IMG/VR virus record: IMGVR_UViG_3300043425_000902 | Coordinates: 1-63,419 of that record | From: a virus | Taxonomy: Duplodnaviria; Caudoviricetes | Direction: 5' to 3' (one strand) | DNA length: 63,419 bases | In this document: positions 46,400 to 56,546 of the stretch, piece after piece | Layout of the letters: the number at the start of each line of letters is the position of its first letter | How positions within the stretch are numbered: the first letter of the stretch is position 1 | The notes under the pieces: generated by a model | Told to the model about the DNA's origin: nothing | What the model saw: only the letters and a program-made list of their open reading frames with translations | The model's database searches: none | Translations under genes and position numbers: made by a program

Positions 46400-46960
46400 T
46401 TAGAAGGCGACGCGGTCAGCGACGAACTGGTGTTCGGCGATCTGGACCTGAAGGATGACGAAAGAGTCGCCGAACGCATTGTCGGGACCGGGCGAGGCGT
46501 TCAGGATGCGCAGCGACGCACTGGCGGCGGTCGTCAGCGTGGCGGCGTCGAGCATGAGCTGCGACAGGCCAGTGACGGTGGAACCGGCGGTGATGGTCGT
46601 GAAGTCAGCCTGAGAGCCGATGTCCGCCACGGCGATGGTCGCCGAGGACTGGATCTCGTAGACGATGGACGGGTCGATCGTCGCGTAGGCCACGATGTCA
46701 GTGGCCGAGGTGCCGGACACCCAGCGGTTGGACACGCGGCGGCGCCCTTCGCTGTCGGTGAACTCGACGCCTTGGAAGGTGCCGACGAAGCGGTCGCCGA
46801 TGGCGGCGGCCTCAAGGGTCCCGTTGGTGCCGATCTTGACCGGCTGGTTCTGGAGGATGTTCGCGCCGTATCCCGTGATGATCGACATGGCGACGGGACG
46901 AACCACGCCGCTGGGCGAATAGACGGGACGGAGGCCGAACGGTTGGGAAGTCGCGGGCAT
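46400..46960 (-). CDS. Minor capsid/decoration protein
   Basis: PFGLRP, G.F.GVE..D..G, DP...YEIQ; directly upstream of MCP. Confidence 0.75.
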   Translation of the reverse strand: MPATSQPFGLRPVYSPSGVVRPVAMSIITGYGANILQNQPVKIGTNGTLEAAAIGDRFVGTFQGVEFTDSEGRRRVSNRWVSGTSATDIVAYATIDPSIVYEIQSSATIAVADIGSQADFTTITAGSTVTGLSQLMLDAATLTTAASASLRILNASPGPDNAFGDSFVILQVQIAEHQFVADRVAF

Positions 46961-46998
46961 TGCGTCTTACCTCATTCGAGGGGGTTGCGGGAACCCGA

Positions 46999-47535
46999 CT
47001 AGGAGAAGACCCCCCGGGCGGGTTGGTTGGATCCGAGTTCTGCCATGCCGTCTTCCATTTCGATCGGAAGGCCGTCCCCTCGTCCTTGCTCCACGAGCCG
47101 CTGGGCGTCGTAGTTCAGGCGTTCGGCTTCTCTGGCGGGGGCCTCGTGGTGAGCTTCCTGCATGAACGCCAAATAGAGGTTCATGGGCAGCTTAAACGCG
47201 AGCATCTCGTTGACGCCGATGCACCCTGCGTACTCACCCGTCTTCAGGGTGGCGTGGTCCAGACCGGGTGCGTCTTCCGCAGTCACCGGCATGTACCCCA
47301 GCATCATCCTGCGATGGATGCTGTCGCGGGGGTTCGTCGTCGTCAGCCAGCACACATGGTAGCCGGGGATCGGCGGCAGGTCAGGCAGAGCATCGTTGAA
47401 CATCTGCTGGCGGAACATCGTCAGCCGGTCGTCATCGGTCCTCACACGATCCTCGGTGACGTGACGGTCACCAGCCGCGCGAGACCGGCGTCCAGCACCG
47501 ATTTCCTTCTTCAGCCTATCATCCTCTTCGTGCAT
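46999..47535 (-). CDS. Conserved head-assembly region protein
   Basis: LP..P..PG....W, GY.PV, G.IGV..M.A.K.P; AAGGA RBS. Confidence 0.7.
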   Translation of the reverse strand: MHEEDDRLKKEIGAGRRSRAAGDRHVTEDRVRTDDDRLTMFRQQMFNDALPDLPPIPGYHVCWLTTTNPRDSIHRRMMLGYMPVTAEDAPGLDHATLKTGEYAGCIGVNEMLAFKLPMNLYLAFMQEAHHEAPAREAERLNYDAQRLVEQGRGDGLPIEMEDGMAELGSNQPARGVFS

Positions 47536-47551
47536 TGTCTCGTCCTTTCTT

Positions 47552-48502
47552 TCAGCGCGCGTTGGCGCCGGAGTTGCGGTCGTACTTGGCGTAAGCGCGG
47601 AGGTACTTTTCCCGCAGGACGGGATCCTCCCAAGCGCCCAGCTCCTCAAGCGCGGCGCGGCGTTCGGGCGTGACGAACACCGTGTTCTTGCGGGTGGTGG
47701 GCGGTGCGTGCTCGCGGGTGGTTCCCATGGGCGGAGCCTTGTTGCGTCGGGGTGCGGGAGCCGCGGGCGCGGCGTCGCCGGACGGATTGAAGGCCTCGTT
47801 GATGCGCCGGGTCAGCTCGAAATAGTAGTCGGGCGTGCGGGGGTTGAGCCCCTCGCGCGTCAAGGCCTCGTCGATGCGCCGGGCCGTGACGGACGCGATG
47901 TCGGTCCCGTTCGGCTTGTACCAGTCGTTCTCCTCGACCCACTGCTGGGCGTAGGAGCGCACGATGGGGTCCGCGGCGGGCGTCGCCCGGGACTGGTTGA
48001 AGCGCTCGACGTCCTGAGACAGCTGGGCCGCCCGGACGCGGGCGTCGTCGCGCAGGTTGATGGCCGCGGCCACGTCGTCGCCGTTGCCCGCCTCGACGGC
48101 CTTGGCGATGATCTGCTCCGCGCGGCGCACGTCGATCTCGGCGTTGCGCAGGGCGGCGTGCAGGTTGTTCTCGATCTGCGACTGGCTGACGCCTTCAAGC
48201 TGGTTGAGCCGCTGGACGAGGGTCGCGTTCAGCTCGCGCTGCGCGCGCAGGTCGGCTTCGAGGCGCTGCTTGGCGATCTTCTGCGCCTGCCTGCGCTTGA
48301 GCCGCTTGGCGCGGTTGCGGCTGATGGCGCCTTCGTCGCTCTCTTCCTCGTCCTCATCCTCGTCGTCCCCGAGGCGGACGTCTTCCTCGTCTTCCTCAGG
48401 CTCTTCGGGCTCGGGCGCCGGAGCTTCCGCTTCGCCGCCCTCGGGGATGTCATCGGTCTCGATGATGACCAGCTCTTCCGTGTCCTCTTCGGTCGAGGCC
48501 AT
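47552..48502 (-). CDS. Capsid scaffolding protein
   Basis: Acidic N-terminus, coiled coil, W...N.WY, C-terminal helix; between portal and MCP. Confidence 0.78.
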   Translation of the reverse strand: MASTEEDTEELVIIETDDIPEGGEAEAPAPEPEEPEEDEEDVRLGDDEDEDEEESDEGAISRNRAKRLKRRQAQKIAKQRLEADLRAQRELNATLVQRLNQLEGVSQSQIENNLHAALRNAEIDVRRAEQIIAKAVEAGNGDDVAAAINLRDDARVRAAQLSQDVERFNQSRATPAADPIVRSYAQQWVEENDWYKPNGTDIASVTARRIDEALTREGLNPRTPDYYFELTRRINEAFNPSGDAAPAAPAPRRNKAPPMGTTREHAPPTTRKNTVFVTPERRAALEELGAWEDPVLREKYLRAYAKYDRNSGANAR

Positions 48503-48518
48503 GCGCGTCTCCTTTGCG

Positions 48519-48947
48519 CTAGATGAAGGCCTTGATGGCCAGCGGGTCGCCGGTCACAAGGCCAAGGATGTCGAGGTCGTTGAACAGGGCGAGGATGGCT
48601 TCATCCTCTCCATCGTTCGTCATCACCGTCCAGCGATCTCCGCCGTACTTCGGGACGCGAACAAAATCGCCCGGCGCGCACCACGCACCTTCAGGCCAAA
48701 GGGTCATCTTCTCGCGGTTGTGGAAGGCGAGGGGGCCAACGGCGAGAACCTTGGCCACCTGCGTGTTGTAGTGCTCGGTCTCGCGGACGTCGTCCGTCAG
48801 GATGATGCCGCCCTTCGTGACCTTCTTGGGGGTCCGAAACTGGACCAGAACCCGGGAGCCGAAGGGGCTGACCAGCGGGTCACAGGGCGGGAAGGCCTCC
48901 TCAAGGGTGCCGTAGTCGAACGCGACCTTGTTCGCGATGCTTTGCAT
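48519..48947 (-). CDS. groES: Phage co-chaperonin GroES-like
   Basis: P.G.RVLV, TKGGIIL, V.AVGP, GD.V...KY.G, ND.DILG. Confidence 0.88.
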   Translation of the reverse strand: MQSIANKVAFDYGTLEEAFPPCDPLVSPFGSRVLVQFRTPKKVTKGGIILTDDVRETEHYNTQVAKVLAVGPLAFHNREKMTLWPEGAWCAPGDFVRVPKYGGDRWTVMTNDGEDEAILALFNDLDILGLVTGDPLAIKAFI

Positions 48948-48956
48948 GTGTGCTCC

Positions 48957-49151
48957 TCATGCGTTGTAACTCTTGCGCTCCTGCTCCTGAAAAGCGTTCA
49001 GGAGCAGGTCGCGCACGCGCTGGTAGCCTTCGTGCAGGCCGACGGCTCGGCCATACTCGAAGGCGTCACGTCCCGCAGGCGTCGACAGGAGCGTGTTGGC
49101 GACGCGCGCCTGCTCCATCTCGATCATCCTGACGATCATCTCGGGGGTCAT
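48957..49151 (-). CDS. Conserved small protein between portal and GroES
   Basis: EY...VG...G motif; operon fit. Confidence 0.7.
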   Translation of the reverse strand: MTPEMIVRMIEMEQARVANTLLSTPAGRDAFEYGRAVGLHEGYQRVRDLLLNAFQEQERKSYNA

Positions 49152-49258
49152 TTGGGCGGCAGCGGGCCCTTGCGCTCACTGCCGGGGATGGGCTTGCCCA
49201 TCGCCATGCGCTTGTGCTGGTTGATCGGGCCCGAGGGCGCCGCGGGGGACTTGGCCAT
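49148..49258 (-). CDS. Small basic peptide (MAKSPAAP..., 36 aa)
   Basis: GGAGG RBS; fills the gap after portal; ATGA overlap. Confidence 0.55.
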   Translation of the reverse strand: MAKSPAAPSGPINQHKRMAMGKPIPGSERKGPLPPK

Positions 49259-49259
49259 G

Positions 49260-51767
49260 TCAGCCTCCGTTGGGGTTGGGGTTCTGCGAGGGGTTCGCCG
49301 TCTGCCCGTGCTCGATGTTGAGCAGGGCCAGATCCATCGCCGTGCGGTTGTCGGCGTCGTTCATCGAGATGCGCGACTGCACGTCGAGCTTGAGCCGCGT
49401 GTCCTCGCGCTGCTCCTGCATCTGCTCCAGCTCTCGCTGCATGTTGAGCTTGGCCTGCGCCACCTGCTGGTCGAACTGCAGGCGCAGCTGGTCCATCTGG
49501 TGCTCGAACTGCATGCGCTGCTGGTCCATCTGCGCCTTCATCTGGTCGGCCTTGGCGCGCCGCTCGGTCTCGGCCTGCGCCGCGGCGATCGCCGGGTCCG
49601 GCGGAGGTTGGGGCGCCATGGACTGCATCATCTGGATGGCTTGCATGATGACGGGGTTCAGGGCGCTGAAGGCCTCGTTCGCGCTCTTCGACACCGTCGT
49701 GGCGGCCTCGGACAGGAGCCGGTCGAAGGCCTGCTTGTCCTCGACGCTCTTGTTGTTCTTGGCCGCCTCGCCGAGGTCCATGCCCGTGGCCTCGTTGCCC
49801 AGCTCGTAGACCTGCTGGGCGTACCACATGGCAAGGTGCTCCTTGATGTGGTTCAGCACGCCGGGCAGGAACTGCTGGGCGATGAGGGGGTTGCCGCCCA
49901 GCGTCGGGTTCAGCAGGTAGGTCAGGTGCGTGTTGAGGTGCGCGACGTGGTCCTGCTGCGGGAAGGCGACGACGGGTCGGCCCATGGTCATGGCCACGTT
50001 CTCGGCGACCGCGTTCTGCTCCTGAGGCTCGACGGGCGGGACCAGCAGGTCCTCGGCGTTGGGCACCTTGAGCGTCTCAAGGATGCGCTCCTCGACCTTG
50101 CGCGCGTTGTAGAGCATCGGCATGGCCGCCGCCCGCTGGGCGATGGTCTGGATCTGCGCGATGCGCTGGGTCTCGGAGAAGATGTTGGGGTCGCTGACGG
50201 GGACGACGTCCATCGGCCCGGAGAAGTCGGCCTGCTTGGCGATCTCCTCGCCGACCTCCTCCTTCTGCTTCGCGTCGTCGAGGTACATCCCGTTGAGGCG
50301 GTGCAGGATGCCCAGCAGGCGCGCCATGGCGTTGTGCAGGCGCATGTGGATGGCGCTGAACACCACCATGCCCTGCTCGATCTTGGCCATGGTGGTGCCG
50401 ACGGGCACGTTGGCGTTGCCGTCCGACACGTCGTCCATGGTCGTGCGCACGACGCCCTTGCCGGAGTCGACGAGGAAGCCGAGGAGCTGGAACAGCACGC
50501 CGGAGGGCGGGTTGAACGGCAGGGGCATGGCGATCTTGCGGACGTCGTCCACGTTGATGCCGCCCTCGATCTCCGTCACCTGCGTGGGTTGGATCTCGAC
50601 GCTCTGCCCGCCGATCCCGGCGCCCTTCAGCTTCAGCATGCTCTGGCTGTTGCTGATGTGCGCGGAGTCGAGGAGCGCCCGCAGGGCCCCGGTGGCCGCG
50701 GCGGACAGGCCGCCAATCATGTGCGTGATGCCGATGGGGTACGCCCCGCGCCAAGGCACGAAGGGGAACTCCACGAACCACTGCAGCTCTTCGCGGCTCT
50801 CGTCGTCCTCGTCCCAGTTGCGGTAGATGCTCAGCACCTCCGACGTGGTCTTGTCGACGGTCAGGATGTACGGCGCCGGGCCGTCCTCGATGTCGAGGTT
50901 GGTGTAGATCTCGAAGACCGTGCGCAGGCCGTCCTCGTTGAAGGCGCTCTCCGTGCGCCCCTCGATCTTGTCGTTGGCGATGTCGGCTTTGCTGCGCTCG
51001 GGGTCCGACGAGGGGGGCAGGATGTCCACGTCGCGGTACATGCCGCTCGTGACGCGCTCCTCGTAGTCCTGAGCCGTCAGGTACTGCACGTGGGTCTTGC
51101 GCTGCGCCGTGTAGAAATTGGTCGCCGCAAACGGGATGAACATCTCGTCGACGGCCACGAACAGGAACTGGGGCCGGTTGCGCGCCTCGTTCCACGTCAC
51201 CTTCATGTACTGCACGCCGCTCAGGGGCACCTGCGTGAGCAGCTGCTCCAGCTCGGAGCGGAACTCGTGGCACTGGGTCGTCAGCTGCCAGTTCATGAAG
51301 TCGGTCTTGCGGCGCGCCTTCAGGACCTTGTCGCGCGTGACCCTGCCCGGGATGAAGTCCTTGACGGGCCCCGCGGCGGGGAACAGCTCCTTGATGGCGC
51401 GGGACGAGAAGTCCACGCACGCCTCGGTCAGGAGGGGATGCACGACCTTGCTGGCGCCTTGGAACTGGGCGCCGCCCGGCGCGTCGTCGCCGAGGCCCGT
51501 GCGTCGGATGCCCTCCTCGTACTGCTCGTCGCGCTTGGCCCGCGCGTCCTTGTCCTTCGTGATCAGGTCAAGGTACTGCGTGGCGATCTTCTTGAGCACA
51601 CCCGGGTCGAGGGTCTCGGCGAGGTTGTCGAGGAAGCCTTCGGAGGGCTCGTCGCTCTCCTCGTCGCCCAGCGTGACGATCGCACCGCCGTCCGGCGTGT
51701 ACTCAACGCCGTCGTCTTCCTCGGTGACGGGGATGTAGGCGCCTTCGTCGAGATCGTCAGACGGCAT
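49260..51767 (-). CDS. Portal protein
   Basis: 835 aa; F.GAS.V.HP.L.EA...F, PVSDPNIFS, Gln-rich barrel C-terminus; after TerL. Confidence 0.9.
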   Translation of the reverse strand: MPSDDLDEGAYIPVTEEDDGVEYTPDGGAIVTLGDEESDEPSEGFLDNLAETLDPGVLKKIATQYLDLITKDKDARAKRDEQYEEGIRRTGLGDDAPGGAQFQGASKVVHPLLTEACVDFSSRAIKELFPAAGPVKDFIPGRVTRDKVLKARRKTDFMNWQLTTQCHEFRSELEQLLTQVPLSGVQYMKVTWNEARNRPQFLFVAVDEMFIPFAATNFYTAQRKTHVQYLTAQDYEERVTSGMYRDVDILPPSSDPERSKADIANDKIEGRTESAFNEDGLRTVFEIYTNLDIEDGPAPYILTVDKTTSEVLSIYRNWDEDDESREELQWFVEFPFVPWRGAYPIGITHMIGGLSAAATGALRALLDSAHISNSQSMLKLKGAGIGGQSVEIQPTQVTEIEGGINVDDVRKIAMPLPFNPPSGVLFQLLGFLVDSGKGVVRTTMDDVSDGNANVPVGTTMAKIEQGMVVFSAIHMRLHNAMARLLGILHRLNGMYLDDAKQKEEVGEEIAKQADFSGPMDVVPVSDPNIFSETQRIAQIQTIAQRAAAMPMLYNARKVEERILETLKVPNAEDLLVPPVEPQEQNAVAENVAMTMGRPVVAFPQQDHVAHLNTHLTYLLNPTLGGNPLIAQQFLPGVLNHIKEHLAMWYAQQVYELGNEATGMDLGEAAKNNKSVEDKQAFDRLLSEAATTVSKSANEAFSALNPVIMQAIQMMQSMAPQPPPDPAIAAAQAETERRAKADQMKAQMDQQRMQFEHQMDQLRLQFDQQVAQAKLNMQRELEQMQEQREDTRLKLDVQSRISMNDADNRTAMDLALLNIEHGQTANPSQNPNPNGG

Positions 51768-53259
51768 ACGGGTTCACGATCCTCTTGGGCGCGACGTACC
51801 CGTCGCTGGCAGACTTGTTTACACGCATTACACCCGAAATCAGGCCCTTGTCCATAAGCAGGCGCGCGGCTTGGCTCACGGAGTCGACGTAGTCGTCGTG
51901 CTTGATCGACTTGTCGCCGCGGAAGGCGCACACCTGCTCCAGCATGGGCTCGACCCACGTCTTGGGCTTGCCGGGGCGCTTCTCGCTCTCCGGCAGCCAG
52001 AACAGGCCCTTCTGGAAGAGGTGGCTGACGACGTGCAGGCGCGACGTCTTGTCCGCCCGGCCCGGGTTGTAGGCGTAGGCTTGGATCCCCTCGCGCTCCA
52101 GAGACTGGCGCAGGCTGATGCCGCTGCCTTTGTCCTCGATGAGCACCATGTCCGGCTTGCGCCCGGCGCCGGTCTGGCGCACCGGCCCAAGCAAAGGCTG
52201 GATGACCGGCTCGTCGGCGTCGTCGCCGTACGACACGTTCAGCTCCTTGCGGACGCGCTTGAGCAGGTCGGGCAGGCCGAGGTGCTCGCTCCAGCAGTCG
52301 AGGAGGAGCGCCTTCATGACCCCCTCGTGCCAGAAGACGCCCCAGACCGTGCAGGCCGATGCGTCGGGGTCGTGCGTGCGCCGGTCGAGCGTCTTCTCCG
52401 TGAAGGCCGTGTCGAGGGACATGACGATCCACTCGAACTTGGGCAAGGGCTTGCTGGCTGGCCACATCTTGAACCACGACCGGGCGATGATGCCGCCCTC
52501 CTCGGCGTCGATCAGCTCACCGTACAGCTCCTGACGACCGAGGGTCGTGCCCTCGTACTGCGCGATCTGCTCATAGAACGACTCCGGCAGGTTCGCGCGG
52601 TTGTCGAAAGTCGAGCCCGTGGTGATGACCCGGCCCTTCTTCGCCTTCGTCAGCCTGCGCACCAGATCGCGCGGCTTGGGCGTTGTCGTCCAGACCACGC
52701 GGGGCATGGCGCCGAGGCGCAGGCCCATCATGGCCATGTCCCACGTCTCTTCGCCCTTCGTCCACGCCGCCAGCTCGTCGCCCCAGATCCGGGCGAACTG
52801 CGGGCCGCGCAGTCGCTCCGGCTCCTCCGCCGAAAATCCGCGGATGATCGCCGGTTTGCCCGACTCCGTCCTGATCGTGATGATGAGGTTGGTCTTGTTG
52901 TAGTCGAGCACCAGCTCCTGAGGCATGATGTGGAGCAGGCCAGCGGGCCCCTCGAAGCACGTGTGCCGCACGTCGTTCAGCGTCGGCGCGATCACGGCGC
53001 TGGGATGAGCGAGGGGGTCATAGTAGGCGTCGTGCAACAGCCATTGGGCCCCCGTGAGGGTCTTGCCGAAGCCTCGACCGGCCATCAGGCCCCACTCGAC
53101 CCATGGTCCTTCGGGCGGCTCCTGCTTCTCGCGGGCCGTCAAGGCCCACTCCATCTGCCATTTGATGGCCACCACCTGCTCGATCGGCAGTTGGCCCGAG
53201 GAAACCGCGTCAAACAGCGTTTTACGCTGCTCTTCCGTGAGCTTTTTGAAGGGTAGCAT
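51757..53259 (-). CDS. terL: Terminase large subunit
   Basis: AGRGFGKT, LRGPQF, WGDE, TTTP, SLDTA, IEDK.SG, HDD.VD; start taken at MLPFKK after GGAG. Confidence 0.95.
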   Translation of the reverse strand: MLPFKKLTEEQRKTLFDAVSSGQLPIEQVVAIKWQMEWALTAREKQEPPEGPWVEWGLMAGRGFGKTLTGAQWLLHDAYYDPLAHPSAVIAPTLNDVRHTCFEGPAGLLHIMPQELVLDYNKTNLIITIRTESGKPAIIRGFSAEEPERLRGPQFARIWGDELAAWTKGEETWDMAMMGLRLGAMPRVVWTTTPKPRDLVRRLTKAKKGRVITTGSTFDNRANLPESFYEQIAQYEGTTLGRQELYGELIDAEEGGIIARSWFKMWPASKPLPKFEWIVMSLDTAFTEKTLDRRTHDPDASACTVWGVFWHEGVMKALLLDCWSEHLGLPDLLKRVRKELNVSYGDDADEPVIQPLLGPVRQTGAGRKPDMVLIEDKGSGISLRQSLEREGIQAYAYNPGRADKTSRLHVVSHLFQKGLFWLPESEKRPGKPKTWVEPMLEQVCAFRGDKSIKHDDYVDSVSQAARLLMDKGLISGVMRVNKSASDGYVAPKRIVNPYAV

Positions 53260-53957
53260 GGCGCTCCAAGCCCGTTTGGGCCGAATTACGACCGTTTTTT
53301 GGTCTCTGCAAGCCCCTGCACCGGAAAAAGTGCGTTTTTGGCGTAAAAACTGCAAAAAATTGCAATTTTTGGGCGTTTTTGGCTGATTTTTAGGGGGGCG
53401 GGGTTGCGGGGAGCACCTTACAGGGTGCACCTATTGGTCATTTTTGAAAAAATTGGTGAGTGGGGGTGGAACAATTCTCAGGGCACCCGGAAACGGGGGT
53501 ATGGGGTCCACAGCATCTCGCCCCCAGCCCCCTCCCAGCCCGGCCCTGCACCCGAAAAGCTCAATGATATCAGCCACTTGGCCAGCTGCGCCGAGCCCAG
53601 ACCCATGGCTCACGGCCACGCTGCCCTGCGCCATCGGCCTGCAGCACGCAGGCTGCAGCACACCGCACCGGAGATCGCCACCGGCTGGGTGCAGGTGGGA
53701 TGTGGCAGTTGGTAATGGGTTACCTGAGGCAGGCTGCCGCTGGCTGGGCGTGGGAGGAGACCCCCAGCCCCAACCCGGCCGGATGGGAGCCCCTCACCAC
53801 ACCCAAGCCCTTGATAACACTGGACTTCCTGCCTGCCCTACGCGCGCGCACCTATAATGTGCAATCGGCTGCATCTTTTTGGTTGCAGACATGTTCAAAC
53901 GGGTCCATACGTTGGCTCCCGGCTGTACCGGGGCCACACAACCTATGGAGACCTGAC

Positions 53958-54221
53958 ATGACCTTCACTCGTGAAAACCTCGAAGCCCTGATCGCTGAGT
54001 GCGGATCGTTCCTCCCGGCAGACGCTGGATACCGGGAGTGCGCCGACCTCGACGGGCAGGCCGCCCACCTGTTCCTGCAGGCCCTCGGATACTCCGTCCT
54101 CGGCCACCAAGACCGGCACACCCACGGCTGCGCCTACACCGCTTGCGGCGTGATCCTGAGCACAAACGGGTTCGTCCACCGCGACATCAACTTGGCGTGG
54201 AAGCTCCACCGCAAGGCCTGA
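53958..54221 (+). CDS. Early hypothetical protein
   Basis: GGAGACCTGACATG start. Confidence 0.75.
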   Translation: MTFTRENLEALIAECGSFLPADAGYRECADLDGQAAHLFLQALGYSVLGHQDRHTHGCAYTACGVILSTNGFVHRDINLAWKLHRKA

Positions 54222-54281
54222 CCCCTCTCACCCCAGCCCGGGGCATCCCGCCCCGGGCCCACCACCCCATGGAGACCTGAC

Positions 54282-55793
54282 ATGACCTTCGCCCCCACCC
54301 CCCAGCAGGAAGCCTTCCTGAGCGCCCTGCGCACCACCACCTCGAACATCGCTCTGGAGGCCCGCGCGGGCTGCGGCAAGACCTCGACGCTCCTGCTGGG
54401 CGTTGACGTCGTGCGCGACCTGAACGCCCGCAACCGCGTGATCCTCGCCGCTTTCAACAAGGCGATCGTCGAGGAGGTCGAGACCAAGCTGACCAAGGCC
54501 GGTCACGGCTTCCCGCACGTGCAGGCCAAGACCGCCCACGGCCTCGGCCTGAGCCTGCTCAAGGACGCTGGCATCGACACCCGCCGAGGCCTGAACGCGC
54601 ACAAGGTCCGCGACCTGATCACCGCCGCCGGGCAGTCCGACGGCCTGTACCGCGACTACGCCTCGACCATCTCCAAGCTCGTCTCGCAGGCCAAGCAGGC
54701 CGCCCTCGGCGTGTTCGGGTCCGCCTCGGACGTCGAGCGCTGGCAGGGCCTCGCTGACCACTACGGCATCGAGCTGGAGGACGCCTACGCTGCGCGGATC
54801 ATCGCGGCGGCTCAGGACGTTTACACGCGGTCCTGCGCCGACCGCGAGACGTTCGACTTCGACGACATGATCCTCCTGCCTCTGCTGGCCAAGCTGTCGT
54901 CGCGCTTCCCTGCGGACTTCCTGTTCGTGGACGAGGCGCAGGACCTGAGCCCGGCCCGGCAGGCCCTGCTGGCCAAGTTCGTGAAGCCCCGCTTTGGCCG
55001 CCTGATCGTCGTGGGCGACCCGGCGCAGGCGATTTATGGCTTCGCCGGGGCCGACGCGCGGGCCTTCCAGAACCTGATCAGCGACTGGCGCTGCACCGTC
55101 CTGCCCCTGTCCGTCACCTTCCGCTGCCCCAAGGCGGTGGTCGCCGAGGCTCAGAAGATCGTGCCCGACATCACCGCCGCAGACAGCGCTCCCGAGGGCG
55201 TCGTGCGCAGCGAGGCGTCCCTGCCGCCCGTCCTCATCCCGGGCGAGGACGCGATCCTTTGCCGGAACACCGCCCCGCTCATCTCTCAGGCCTACGCGCT
55301 GATCCGCGCGGGCATCCCGGCCAAGGTCGAGGGTCGGGACATCGGGGAGGGCCTCGCCGCCCTCGCGCGACGCTGGAAGGTGCGCACGTGCGCCGAGCTG
55401 CTGGCGCGCCTCGACGCGCATCAGGAGCGCGAGGCCGCCAAGCTCGCGAAGCGGCCCGACGGCGAGGAGCAGGTCGAGCGCCTCGCCGACCGCCTCGACA
55501 CCCTGCGCGAGATCGTCTTCGCCTGTCAGGCCAAGGGCCTGCAGCTGGTGACCGACGTCACCTCGGCCATCGCCGACCTGTTCGGCGACGACGTGTCGAA
55601 GACGAAGGCGGCTGTGACGCTGGCCACGTACCACCGCTCGAAGGGCCGGGAGTGGGAGCGCGTCTTCCTGCTGGAGCACGCCGCGCGCTGCCCCTCCCGG
55701 GCCGCCCGCCAGCAGTGGCAGCTGGAGCAGGAGTACAACCTCGCCTACGTGGCCATCACCCGCGCCAAGCGCGAGCTGGTCTACGTCGGCTGA
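54282..55793 (+). CDS. UvrD/Rep-like SF1 helicase
   Basis: A.AG.GKT, VDEAQD, VGD..QAIYGF.GA, HRSKGREW, YVAITRA. Confidence 0.93.
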   Translation: MTFAPTPQQEAFLSALRTTTSNIALEARAGCGKTSTLLLGVDVVRDLNARNRVILAAFNKAIVEEVETKLTKAGHGFPHVQAKTAHGLGLSLLKDAGIDTRRGLNAHKVRDLITAAGQSDGLYRDYASTISKLVSQAKQAALGVFGSASDVERWQGLADHYGIELEDAYAARIIAAAQDVYTRSCADRETFDFDDMILLPLLAKLSSRFPADFLFVDEAQDLSPARQALLAKFVKPRFGRLIVVGDPAQAIYGFAGADARAFQNLISDWRCTVLPLSVTFRCPKAVVAEAQKIVPDITAADSAPEGVVRSEASLPPVLIPGEDAILCRNTAPLISQAYALIRAGIPAKVEGRDIGEGLAALARRWKVRTCAELLARLDAHQEREAAKLAKRPDGEEQVERLADRLDTLREIVFACQAKGLQLVTDVTSAIADLFGDDVSKTKAAVTLATYHRSKGREWERVFLLEHAARCPSRAARQQWQLEQEYNLAYVAITRAKRELVYVG

Positions 55794-55798
55794 CCCCA

Positions 55799-55826
55799 GC
55801 CCCGCCCCGGGTTCGCCCGGGGCGGG
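55799..55826 (+). terminator. GC hairpin after the helicase
   Basis: CCCGCCCCGGG-TTCG-CCCGGGGCGGG. Confidence 0.6.
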
Positions 55827-55830
55827 ATCT

Positions 55831-55874
55831 GAAACAATTCGTGATTGGCACCCGCTTGGGTGCAGGAGTACAGA
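55831..55874 (+). promoter_or_regulatory. Early promoter/operator
   Basis: ACAATTCGTGA, TGGCAC-N17-TACAGA, perfect GCACC-N6-GGTGC. Confidence 0.65.
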
Positions 55875-55913
55875 GGAGGTGCGTTTACACGCGCCGAACA
55901 GAGGAGACCTGAC

Positions 55914-56543
55914 ATGATCCACCAGACCATCCAGCACACCACCCGCGAGGGCTGGCTCCACGCCTTCGCCGAGGCCGCCCGCCCCCGCTTCATCGAGGCT
56001 GGGCACCCCCTGCCTGAGACCCTGCGCATCGGCATCGGCTGGGGCAGCGGCGGGGCCCGCTCGCGGGCCATCGGCGAGTGCTACTACGGGGCCGCCAGCG
56101 CAGACGGGGTCCGCGCTATCATCATCACGCCCGGTGCGGGCATGGATGACGCCGCGCGTGCCGCCGACGTCCTGACGCACGAGCTGGCCCACGCCGCTCT
56201 GCCGGAGGGCGTCGGGCACAAGGCCCCCTTCAAGCGCCTCGTGACCGCCCTCGGCCTCGAAGGCAAGGCGACGGCCACCGTGGCCGGGGATGCGTGGCGT
56301 GCGTGGGCCCTGCCCATCATCGAGAGCCTCGGCCCCTACCCCCACGCCGCCCTGTCAGCCGGGTCCACCGGCAAGAAGAAGCAGAACACGCGCATGCTCA
56401 AGGCCGAGTGCTCCGAGTGCGGGTACACCGTGCGCGTCACCCGCAAATGGCTCGACGTCGGCTCTCCGCGCTGCGGCTTGTGCGAGGACGCGCCCCGCCT
56501 GATCTGCGAGGACGCCGGGGGAGAGGAGGGAGACGACGAGTAG
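55914..56543 (+). CDS. SprT-like zincin metalloprotease with C-terminal Zn ribbon
   Basis: HELAH, GH...F, CSECGY...C..C. Confidence 0.8.
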   Translation: MIHQTIQHTTREGWLHAFAEAARPRFIEAGHPLPETLRIGIGWGSGGARSRAIGECYYGAASADGVRAIIITPGAGMDDAARAADVLTHELAHAALPEGVGHKAPFKRLVTALGLEGKATATVAGDAWRAWALPIIESLGPYPHAALSAGSTGKKKQNTRMLKAECSECGYTVRVTRKWLDVGSPRCGLCEDAPRLICEDAGGEEGDDE

Positions 56544-56546
56544 GCC

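Noticed and set aside
48519-48947. Phage GroES as a novelty
   Set aside because: Capsid co-chaperonins are well known (T4 gp31) and common at this position.
48057-51857. 1266-aa + strand ORF
   Set aside because: Antisense shadow of the portal, GroES and scaffold genes.
53260-53430. 57-aa N-terminal extension of TerL in the ORF track
   Set aside because: Low-complexity AT tract with an operator; the RBS supports a start at 53259.
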